Under the pieces are notes generated by a model, which worked only from the letters and a program-made list of their open reading frames with translations, did no database searches and was not told where the DNA came from. Of a DNA stretch of 64,000 bases, positions 51,492-61,597 are shown in pieces. The translations under genes and the position numbers were made by a program. Position 1 is the stretch's first letter. Every line of letters starts with the position of its first letter. This stretch comes from Harriotta raleighana (taxonomy: Eukaryota): NCBI GenBank assembly GCA_050575255.1, contig JBNZDD010013654.1:3534924-3598923 (forward strand), written 5' to 3'.

Positions 51492-51662
51492 AATAACAAC
51501 TTGCATTTATATAGCAGCCCTCGCATAGGAAACAGTTTCAGACACTGATTGAGCCTGACACCGATTCAGTGGGTGTAGGGAGGTAACAGTAAACACAGTT
51601 AAAGAGGAAGTTCTTCAGGCACGACCTGAAGATAGGAAAGGAGAGGGCAAGTTGAAGGGTAT
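51492..51662 (-). mobile_element. L2 3' fragment (second subfamily)
   Basis: caacttgcatttatatagc...ttcttcaggcacgacctgaagat. Confidence 0.65.
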
Positions 51663-51717
51663 GTGATCTTAGTGGAGACCTTTTTGCAAAGCCTTGAACA
51701 GCAACAGACTGCGTTAT

Positions 51718-51992
51718 ATAAACAAAACACAAAATACTGCAGATGATGGAAATCCGAAACAAAAACAAAAATCGATGGAACAGTTCAGGTAACATCTATG
51801 GAGAAGGACTGTATCAATGATGCAGGTCCACAACACTTTTCAGAACTGGGGCATGTTGCGAGGGAGAGGTTTTCAAGGACTAACAGAGAGGATGGAGGCA
51901 GGGCAATGAAGATAAAGAAGAAAATGTTATAGAGGGAAGTAGATGATGGGGGAATTGCAATAAAACAGACAGACCAGAGATAAAAGGTGTTT
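51718..51992 (-). mobile_element. Penelope-like terminal fragment
   Basis: aaaatactgcagatgatggaaatccgaaacaaaaac...catctatggagaa...tcagaactgg, similar to 34836-34937 and 6157. Confidence 0.55.
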
Positions 51993-51995
51993 AAT

Positions 51996-52390
51996 TACAA
52001 CAAAATTACACTTGCATAATGTCTTTCATGTCGGGAGGATGTCCCAAAGCAGTGAACAGTCAGGTCGGGACCCGAGCAGGGTGGTGGGGTGGGGGTCAGG
52101 GGTAGGGAAAGGGGGAAGGAGAGTGAGAGAGGGGGACCAGAAGGTGTGGTCGAAGAGGAAGGTCTTGATACCGGCCTTGAAGGAGGAAAGGGAGGAAGCA
52201 AGACAGTGGGACTGTTGGGATGGAGTTCCAAAGTATGGGAGTGGAGAGGCTGAAAGCCCGGCCACTGATGGTTGGGCGGTTAGGGCAGTGGACGCGGAAC
52301 AGACCTGAATCTGCTGAACGGAGGGTGCGGGCAGGCTGATAGGGAGACAGCAAGTCAGAGAGATAGGCGGGGGCAAGGCTGTGAATGGCA
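51996..52390 (-). mobile_element. L2 3' fragment (well preserved)
   Basis: LSPYQPARTLRSADSGL...GRAFSLSTPILWNSIP; SFKAGIKTFLFDHTF; tail. Confidence 0.9.
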
Positions 52391-52429
52391 CCATATCAGC
52401 TCACTTTTCCTCTCTTCTGTGACCATCTG

Positions 52430-52840
52430 ATCATAGAATCATAGAATGTTACGGCACAGAAGGAGGGCATTCAGCCCATCGAATCTGTGCCAGCTCTTTG
52501 ACAGAGCAATGTCACTTTTATTAATCCCAATCACCAGCTTTCTCCCCANAAAAAAAACTACAATAATAAAATTGGTCATTTCAATCTATGACTGTTTGTG
52601 GGACACTGCTGTGCGCAATTGGCTGCCGCATTCCGCCCACAAATATACAGTCAATTCACTTTACAGTATATTCTGTGAAGCGCTTTGGGACGTTGATAAG
52701 ATGTGAAAAGCGCTATATCAAATGCAAGGATTATTATTATTATTATTGAAATCCATCTGCCACATGTCAGCCCATTTCAGTTGGTTACAGTCCTCCTCAC
52801 TATTTACTACCCTACCTAACTTTGTATCATCTGCAAGCTT
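52430..52840 (-). mobile_element. CR1 fragments (3' end 52430-52548; RT piece 52749-52840) around a + strand SINE (52550-52748), joined across a single n
   Basis: (CATAGAAT)2 terminus; minus-strand ADDTKLGRVVNSEEDCN; SINE body and tail between them. Confidence 0.75.
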
Positions 52841-53049
52841 GATCCGCCCCTTCTTTGGCAATTTCACCCCCTCTTTATTTAAACGTTATTAACACAACTT
52901 CTCTCCAGTTTTGCTGCAATTCCCCTTTTTGTTTCACAACATTAACACCTTTTTAACCCATCATCTCTTGCCCTCTACCCCATTTTTTCCTTTGTCTTCC
53001 TTGCCCTGCCTCTCCAACTCTGTTAATCCTTAAAAGTCCCTCACACCCA

Positions 53050-53140
53050 AGATCAGATAAGGTGCTGTTCCTCGAGCTTGCACTGTGGTCATTGGTACAA
53101 TGTAGGAGATCATGGATGCAGGAGAGGGAGTGCAACTGTT
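53050..53140 (-). mobile_element. Penelope-like ORF C-terminal (GIY-YIG end) remnant
   Basis: Minus strand LLHCTNDH / CKLEEQHLI* resembles LLHC...RKLEEQHLIFRLG. Confidence 0.5.
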
Positions 53141-53419
53141 GGTGCTCAAGGAGGAATGAATTAGGGGGTCATGGAGGAATCAATCCCTTTGGAATACTGA
53201 AAGGGGAAGGAAATATATGTTTTATGGTTGGGTCACGGCCCTCACGTTTGAGGCCAATATTCAATTCATTAACTTGCTATGGATGCCTCCTGACAGTCAA
53301 TTGTAAATGAACAGTAAAAATATATTACAATTTGTGATATGTTAATCATCAATATTATGACTACGACAATCAAATATGTTAGACGATGAGATGATAGACT
53401 GGGTGTGTGAGTGACCCTC

Positions 53420-53773
53420 CCCCACTGTCCACATTCCAATAATTGACCCTGAAGCCAGTTAATGCTATGGGATTGCATTCTGGTCTGTGACATATGACAA
53501 TGAGATACTCGCTTTACTGAACAAATAGCAGAGTGAAGCCAGTATCTGACAAACTGTCACTCTAATGCCATGATCGTGGGTGCGGGCCAATTGCAGAAGC
53601 AACTACTGTGTTGAAGTTGCGGAAAGTGGGTAGGATAAAACCCCAGCTTGTTTCAGTTGTCACTTTTCCTTAGTTAACTGCAAGCCTGGTTGACTCCACT
53701 GATGTGATAATTATCACTGCTAATAATTATCACCCTTGTTAATTATCGTCTCACAAGTCGCAATTTTCAGCCT
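53420..53773. repeat. Ancient conserved repeat, MER121-like
   Basis: aaatagcagagtgaagccagtatctg...gttgcggaaagtgggtaggataaaa...tgtcacttttcc...gtgataattatcac...gcaattttcagcct resembles the MER121 consensus as I remember it. Confidence 0.45.
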
Positions 53774-54087
53774 GAAATTTCTTGCTGTATACTGTAGTCA
53801 TGCACTGTACATTGGGAAGCCAGGACACAACTAAACAAACTAATGTTATGATCATTTTGATTCTCTCCAAATCCTTGTTGAAATTTCTCAGCACGTACAT
53901 ACAATGTCATGACTCATACATTTGCAAGATAATCATAGCTGTGTAACTGTATCCTTTACTCCATGTAAAGAATACTAGAAATCCTTTTAGCCTAATTGTA
54001 ATACTTAAAAATGCTGAATTATATAAATCAAAGAATCATGGAAAAGCAATTTCAGGCTTGAAAATGTACATTAAATTATTAAAACTC

Positions 54088-54248
54088 ACATTTGATATAG
54101 TCTTCAAGATGTCTCACAGTGCTTCACAGAATATATAGTAAAGTAGATTGACTGCATATTTTGTGGGTTAAATGTGGCTGTCAATTGTACACAGCAGTCC
54201 CCAAACAATCATGAATTAAGTGACCAAATTATTATTATTCATTATTTT
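54088..54248 (-). mobile_element. SINE 3' part
   Basis: catttgatatag...gcttcacagaatat...acagcagtccccaaaca. Confidence 0.7.
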
Positions 54249-54785
54249 TGGGGAAGGGTTTAATATTTAATTTAATTATTTAATACCATGTCTAAGTACT
54301 GGTACAATATCATTAAAAAATGATGAGTTTTCAAATAAAATCACAATTTCACAATCACAATGAATTCACAAGACAGTCACCTGACCCATATCTCTACATT
54401 ACCTACTTATTAAATAATGCTGTAGTCAATCGTGTCTTGTGGAAATTGCATTCCAATAATTCACTTACTGCTTGGGAAGCATGCTTCAATGAGCACATAG
54501 AATGTGTGGCTTGAAACACATACAGCATTATGCATGGGAGATTTGAATCTTACATAAAAAGATCAGTTCATGTTAAAATTCTGAACTACACTGCTTAAAT
54601 TAAAGCTTCAAAGTGACAATTAGAACAAAAACTATTTAGAATTACGGGATTATTATTTAAATATGCACTTCCTTTGCAGATTTAGTTTCTAATTACTTTG
54701 TAAATAACATTTGATATTCAGGGGTTTTATACATAAATATAATATTATTATTAGATTATGATGTCCAATTACTGAACAATACATG

Positions 54786-54825
54786 GAGTCCTGTAGCTCA
54801 GTGGTTAGAGCACTCACCTTACAAA
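54786..54825 (+). mobile_element. Isolated SINE tRNA-like head
   Basis: ggagtcctgtagctcagtggttagagcactcaccttacaa; no B box follows. Confidence 0.7.
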
Positions 54826-54954
54826 CTCTTTACCCACAAACCAAACAAACCTTCACTGTCAGTGTGCTCTAAAAGCTCCAGTTATCCTCTTGTGTGTCTG
54901 TGTGTTTTTCTCTGACGAATGACTGAATTGTGAGGAAGGATGACTATCATTGTA

Positions 54955-55848
54955 CAGTAAAAGCCTATTTATCCATGAACTGATCAACCGTAACTTCCGT
55001 ATAACCGGGATCCCAAAAAAAGGTCCCCAATCGAACAACCAGATCTTACCCGGCACAATAGTAATGGCGCATTTAATGAGTGGATTGTCACAGAAGAGTA
55101 CATTACGATTAGTTCAGAATGCTGCCAGTAGTGGCCCTTCCGTTTTTTTTTCTTAAAGCAGCACTGTCGGTTTTACCTCTCCCCCTCTCCTTTTTCTCTC
55201 TCCCTCTCCTCCCTTTCTCTCTATCTCTCCCTCTCTCTTTCTATGTCTTCTCCTTTCTTTCTTTCCCTCTCTGATGGTTACTATGTAGTGCCTGTGTAGC
55301 CTGACTGTATCGTGGGTTTATACACTGTTTTAGTGGGGGGTGGGAAAAGGAGAGAGGCAGGGAGAGAGAGTGGGGGGAAAAGTGAGGGAAAGAGGGGTCA
55401 GAGAAAAAGGGAGGAGTGGGAGGGTGAGAGCAAACGAGAGAGAATGGGGGGTGAGTTGATTAATTTAGATAGAAAATGAAAGAAGTGGAGGGAACTTGGG
55501 TTTGGAGCCATTGAGATGCCAGACTGACTGAGTGTGTGTGTGTGAAAGAGAGACAGGGGAAAGGAGGGAGAGAAAGAAAGAAAAAAAAAGGAAAAAACGA
55601 CAGTACCGCTTTAAGCCACTACCGTCCTCCATTGTAGAAGTTTGCTTTGTGAATGTGTGCTATGATTATAGACTGTAATTGATATTTATTGCCTTATTGG
55701 TAAATATCCATAGAATATTCTGTTATTATTTAGTCTATTATTAATATGTGATGTTTAAAAAAACAGTAATTTTTTTGGTGTTGTGTTTTCGGCTGAATAT
55801 CCGGCATTGGCCAGGTCCCGAGGGTACCAGATAAACAGGCTTTTACTG
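54955..55848 (-). mobile_element. Complete Tigger/pogo-like MITE (both TIRs, TA TSD), opposite orientation to the other copies
   Basis: TA-cagtaaaagcctatttatc ... gataaacaggcttttactg-TA (18/19 TIR match). Confidence 0.88.
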
Positions 55849-55869
55849 TATTTGGAAATACCTGATTGT

Positions 55870-56008
55870 ACATAAGAACATAAGAAATAGAAACAGGCGT
55901 AGGCCATTCATCCCCTTGCACATGCCCTGTCATTTACGAAGATCATGGCTGATCTTCTATTCTAATTCCATTGATTCTCCCTATCCCTGTATTCTTTAAG
56001 CCCTTTAG
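55870..56008 (-). mobile_element. CR1 3' end (HER1/HE1-type tail)
   Basis: acataagaacataagaaatagaaacaggcgtaggccattc...aagatcatggctgatct. Confidence 0.7.
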
Positions 56009-56154
56009 TTTATTTAATTGCTTCTTAGTTTATTTACTGTAGTTCTGGCCATGATTACACACCAGTTTTATTATTTTCTGACTACTAATAGTTATGCTAA
56101 TAGTGCCACATCCTGATTATGTTAATAACACAGAAATATGAAGTCCTACATTTC

Positions 56155-56585
56155 AAGTGGTTAGAGCACTCGCCTTAAAGCGTGAGACCCTGGCTCAATT
56201 CCATGCAGGGTGAAATCTTGGGTCAGTTTCCTTGGTCCTCATGCCTCATAATAATCCCTCAACAAAAAAAGTGTTAATTTGAATTCACGACTGTTTGTGG
56301 GACCTTGCTGTGTGCAATTAGCTGTCACGTTTCGTCCACATATATACAGTCAATTCACTTTTTGCAGTAAATTCTGTGAAGCACTTTGAGATGTTTTGAA
56401 GATGTGGAAAGCGCTATATCAAATGTAAGGATTATTATATTATTATTACAAGAAACATGGGTTCAACTCCAGGCAGGATGAAACCTTAGGAAAGTTTCCT
56501 TACTCCACATACCTAATAATAATTCCATCTAAAAAATAATAATTTGGTCATTTCAATAATTCACAACTGTCATGGGACACTTTGA
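56155..56585 (+). mobile_element. Head-to-tail SINE pair (near-full 56155-56447, partial 56448-56585)
   Basis: Second B box gggttcaactcc follows directly after the first copy's (ATT)n tail. Confidence 0.8.
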
Positions 56586-57182
56586 AAGATAAAAGATCAA
56601 CCAGCTCTTTGACCTACACGGTATTAAAAATAAACTATTGGGTACAGAATTGAAAATGCCTAAGGGAATTAAATTGAAGTACATTGGTGAAAAGATTCAG
56701 TCTCAAATCTCTAGTATATTTCAACAAGCTTGAGATATTCCTCAATAAGATGTTGAATCGACGTGCAGTCATGTGTACTACTGTTCCAATGTAAATAACT
56801 CAAGACACAAAATCCTGTATATTTCATACTAATTTACTACAGTATTATGATGTGTATTTCTGCAATTATATGGGTATTTGGGAAAATTTGAATTTGATGC
56901 ATTGCCTGGTACATTTATAACAATATTGGTAATGATGATAACCCTAGTAGTCAATATGACATATTTCATGTTCAGAAGATATATCAAAGCACTTGAAAGG
57001 ATTTACTGTAAAGTGGAGTGTCTGTATTTTGTAGGCGAACACAGAAGCCAATTTCTGGGGCAATGCTGTGAAGTTTATTCTTGCGATGTTCCTGAGTTAC
57101 TTCTTTATACAGTAATGCTTTCTCCCATTAATAAATGTTTAACTGCCAATTCTCCCCCAAACAAAAGGTATTCAGTATATTA

Positions 57183-57560
57183 GTCTAGCCCAGTGGTAAC
57201 ACTCTCACCTCTGAGTCAGAATGTTGTTCAAGCTCCACATCGGGTTTGAAATTTAAAATATGAAATTTCTTTGGATGAAATGTTAAATTTGAGTCCTGAG
57301 CTGCTTGTTCAGGTGGATGTTGAAGATCCCATGGCATTGTACAAAAAATGAAGGGGGTTTCTCCCCATGACTTGACCAACAATTGCCCCAAATAAAATTG
57401 ATCACAAAATACATTGCTGTGGGACATTGCTGTGCGCAACGGGCTGCCATGTTTTGCCCACAAAATATAGTTGATCCATTTTACAGTATACAGTATCTTG
57501 TAAAATGCTTTGGGACGTCAATGTGATATCAAATAGAAGGATTATTATTGTATTATTATT
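57183..57560 (+). mobile_element. Classical DeuSINE (SacSINE1/AmnSINE1-type Deu domain, tRNA head)
   Basis: gtggtaacactctcacctctgagtcagaa head; ggatgaaatgttaaa...caggtggatgttgaagatcccatggca Deu core; L2-type tail. Confidence 0.75.
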
Positions 57561-57750
57561 AGTGTCTTCTTTGTGTGGTTGTGTTTATACTAGATTAATA
57601 CTTGCTATTCTTCTTTCAGACCCGTTAAACTATCTTCAAACAAAAATAATCTGAGGAAAAACATAACCATAATGTTATGACCAACAATTGCCCCAAATAA
57701 AATTGATCACAAAATGCATTCCTGTGGGACATTGCTGTGCGCAACTGGCT

Positions 57751-58620
57751 GGGATTGGTTTTGGAACCACTGCTCTTTCTAATATATATTAATTATCTGG
57801 ACTTGGGCATAGAGAGCACTATTTCCAAGTTTGCAGATGATACAAAGTTAGGTAGGGTAGTAATTAGTGAGGAGGACTGTAACCAACTGCAAGCAGACAT
57901 ACACAGAATGGTGGAATGGGCTGACATGTAGCAGATGGATTTCAATGTGGATAAGTTGAGGTGATACGCTTAGGTAGGAAAAATGATAGGAGGCAATATA
58001 GACTTGGTAGCTCAATCTTAAGGAGGGTGAACGTACAGAGAGGTGTTCAAGTAAGCGAATCATTAAAGATAGCAGGGCAGATAGATAAGGCAGTAAAAAA
58101 AAGGCAGTTGTTGTACTGATCTTTATTAGTATGAGCATAGATTATAAGAGTAGGGAGGTTGTGGTTAATCTATACAAAACACTGGTTAGGCCTTAGTTGG
58201 AGTACTGCGTCCAGTTCTGGGCACCTTACTTCAGGAAGGACATTAAGGCACTGGAAAGGGTGCAGAGGAGATTCACGAGAATGATACCAGGAATGGGGAA
58301 CCTTAGCTTTGAGGACAGGCTGGAGAAGTTAAGACTTTTCCCATTAGAGCAGAGAAGGTTATGCGGGGACCTGATAGAGGTCTTCAAGATCATGAAAGGT
58401 TTCGACAGGCTGGATAGGGAAAAGCTGTTTCTGCTGGTAGGTGTGTCTGTGACCCGTGGTCACAGTCTTAAGATATCTACCAAAAGAAGTGGAAGGGTAG
58501 TGAGGTCCGATTCGATAACAGCTTTTAAGAGAGAACTGCATAGGTATCACTGTCCAAAAGCCGGCACAGACTCGATGGGCTGAATGGCCTCCTTCTGTGC
58601 CGTAACATTCTATTTCTTCT
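57751..58620 (+). mobile_element. CR1 LINE RT pseudogene, 3' ~870 bp
   Basis: PLLFLIYINYLDLGIESTISKFADDTKLG; EYCVQFWAPYFRKDIKALERVQRRFTRMIPG; terminus gggctgaatggcctccttctgtgccgtaacattcta. Confidence 0.95.
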
Positions 58621-59117
58621 CTTTAAACATCTCTTTATATTTGAAGATCACAACCAAAATACTCTTACCTATAAGAGCACTCAACATACACTGCTTAAAA
58701 TCATTGCCGTATAACTGTGTTCATATATTCTCTTCATAAGTAGTGCATTTTATACTACCATATATCACTGGAATTTGATAGAAGATATTATTGGCAAAAA
58801 TACATGATAGATAATTAATAATACATTGTAATTAATTACAAAGGAGAACCTGAGTGGTAATACATGTACACCTTACACACAATCATTTTATCACTCACCA
58901 TCAGTGATAATTGAATTGAAGATTCACAGGAGTAAGAAATGTGAAATGAAATTTGTATCTGGTGAAAACTGAATTCCATGTCAGCAAAGTCTGAAAATAT
59001 GTTGGCCAATAAAGCAGTAGACAAATAAAGATTAAAATATCACAAATTTTTATACTGCTAGGATAGTTAAAGTAGTGTTTAATACAATATTTCCATTAGA
59101 GAATATATGAATACATA

Positions 59118-59320
59118 GGGTTCATTTACTCCATATGCCTAACAGTAAACCCTAAACAAAAATTAATTGGTCATTTCAATCCAGGACTATTTTTGTGGGA
59201 CACAATTGGCTGTCACGTTTCATCCATAAATATGCAGTAAATTCACTTTCTGTGAGGCACTTTGAGACGTTTAGAAGACATGAAAAGCACTATATCAAAT
59301 GCAAGGATTATCTTATTTCT
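59118..59320 (+). mobile_element. SINE, partial
   Basis: ttactccatatgccta...ggtcatttcaatcc...ctatatcaaatgcaaggatta. Confidence 0.75.
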
Positions 59321-60396
59321 TTTCATTTTGATGCAAACACTGAGAATGTTTGGAGTTTTCAAGCAATTTTTAAGCATTGTGAATTAGCTACAATGATTGG
59401 ATTACATTACTTAAAGGAAGAGCAAATTTTGAAACTGAATTTGTTAAATATAACAAATGGAAATTTCAGTTCATCTTTTTATAGCCTTCCACTGAACAGT
59501 TCAACCATGTTCTTCATAAATACAGTGGTGATAAGGACTTGAAAAATATCAAATCAAATTTACTGGAGAAAGCCAGATAGTGAAATTCAACACATACCAT
59601 ACAAATACCTCACATTACTAACTAATTTTTTACATTTGATATTGAATTGGCAATCAAATGGTTCAGCAATGAGGAAGAACAGCCTTTATACAGAAGGAAT
59701 GAAAAATTATATTTCTATTTGATAAATATTCAACAAGAATTAATGTTACTGTTCTTTTCACCCAGGAAAGAAGGGTTCTATTTAAATTTTACTGATCATC
59801 TTCGTAGAAATAAAAACTCCAAACCGCAACTTTGAAAGGAAGATGTCGCAACAAGGATCAGACTAGAAAGATATATCAGTTATAAAGCTACTCAGCATTC
59901 CTGTGGTAGCCATCAGGGTGACAGGTCATGGACCAGAGCAATAAGTAGATTGATGAGGGAGGCAATCTGTTTAACTAAGTTTGCCCAGCTAACTTGAATA
60001 ATGTAACGGAGCTGTGACATGTCATTATGCAGTTTATGGGAACCAGTCCGTACAATACTGAAAGTACTTCAATGCCCCAAGAATTTTGAGGCATTCGTCA
60101 GGATAACATCTGCATGGCAGGGAGGTTTGACATTCAATTGAGCTACTCTAAACATTATGAAAAATTGTGTACTTCTGGTAATTGCTAATGCTGTTTGATT
60201 CCAAATTCTGTGCCAAATAAATGTGGTTTCCCTTGAGATGTGGCACCAGGCTTGGACCCAACAATGAAACTTGTGAAGCAGAGCTCTGAGATTTTATCCT
60301 ATGTGAAGGACACAATATAAATATTTCCTGATAACATAGGACTTATTACACCTTCTGGTGGTCTCTCTAATTTGCCTTGCTTTATCATCACTCTAG

Positions 60397-60411
60397 CATC
60401 CTCACTATCAG
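60397..60411 (+). other. Candidate 15-nt microexon (host gene unknown)
   Basis: ctctaat branch-point-like motif, pyrimidine tract with two TGC, tag|CATCCTCACTATCAG|gtaagta; no stop in any phase. Confidence 0.25.
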
Positions 60412-61597
60412 GTAAGTATTGGTAACATGTTTAATATGTTTTGGCCACAAAATGTGCAGTCACACCACTACTTTGCAATGTCTCAATGATGTTATAAGGC
60501 ACTATATCAAATGCAATGAATATTGTTATGAGATATACTAGATATCACTTTGACCTTGCTGGTGCTTTTATCGAGCTATTACACTCTGAATCCACGTACT
60601 CCTTGTTCATTTGTAAAAAAAAGTAACTGAGTGAGTTAAATGGGCTGTAAATTAATTAAATTAACTGTAAATACAACAACAATAAAATTACATTTATAGA
60701 GTTCCTTTCATGTCGGGAGGATGCATGAGTTACCAATTTGTTTTAGAGAAGAAAAGGAACAGTGAAAACCTATGGGGTAAATCTTCCACAATTCCTTTTG
60801 GGGTATTTTATTATCATGATAAAAGTTTCCTTTTATCCAAGAATATACAAATGGAAATTTCTATTTCCTTTGTTAAATAATTGATGCCACTCCATGATAA
60901 GCAAAGTTGCATTGCAAAGCATTGAATTCATCCAAATGCTCATTCTACTGTTTATTTCATATGCTTTTTTCCACAAAAGCAACTGAGGGGACCCTTGCTC
61001 TTTTCAAGAAAGATACTGACATTATTAATTTAATTTGCTTTAATCAAATTAAATTTGATAATTTAATGTTTAATAATCCAATAAACATCCTATTTGCTCT
61101 CTGGTTAGATACAGTGTGACATGACAGCAGCAATAATAATTTAGATGTGATTTTTGTGCACAATGTAAAATGTGTGCACCATACATAATTCAAAATAGCT
61201 GCTTCCTAATCATGATGGAGCTGTCATATTTCACAAACACAATTTGACAAGTGACTTTTTTTGAAAGGTCATCAAGTCAGCACATTGGCAAGAATCCAAC
61301 TCAGCAGTTGTCGTTACGTATCGTTTGATGCATGTTTGTCAGACTAACACATTGACTTTACATCTCCGGCATGTGAAGTATAGAGAAGAATGCATGCAAT
61401 CAATTGCAGATTACAATTGGAAAAAATATTGTAATCAAGATCTTCTTATAGTTTTACCAAAAACTGACCAGCACTGCATTCTCACCCAAACCAAACTCTA
61501 TACCCTGATTACCCCAGTCCTCACTAAACTCCACTGGCTCCCTGTCACACAGTGGATCGACATCAAGATCCTGACCCCAGTGTGTAAATCTCTCTCT

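Noticed and set aside
58197-58583. 128-aa ORF that looks like a real protein
   Set aside because: CR1 ORF2 C-terminus inside a truncated, frameshifted copy; not a host gene
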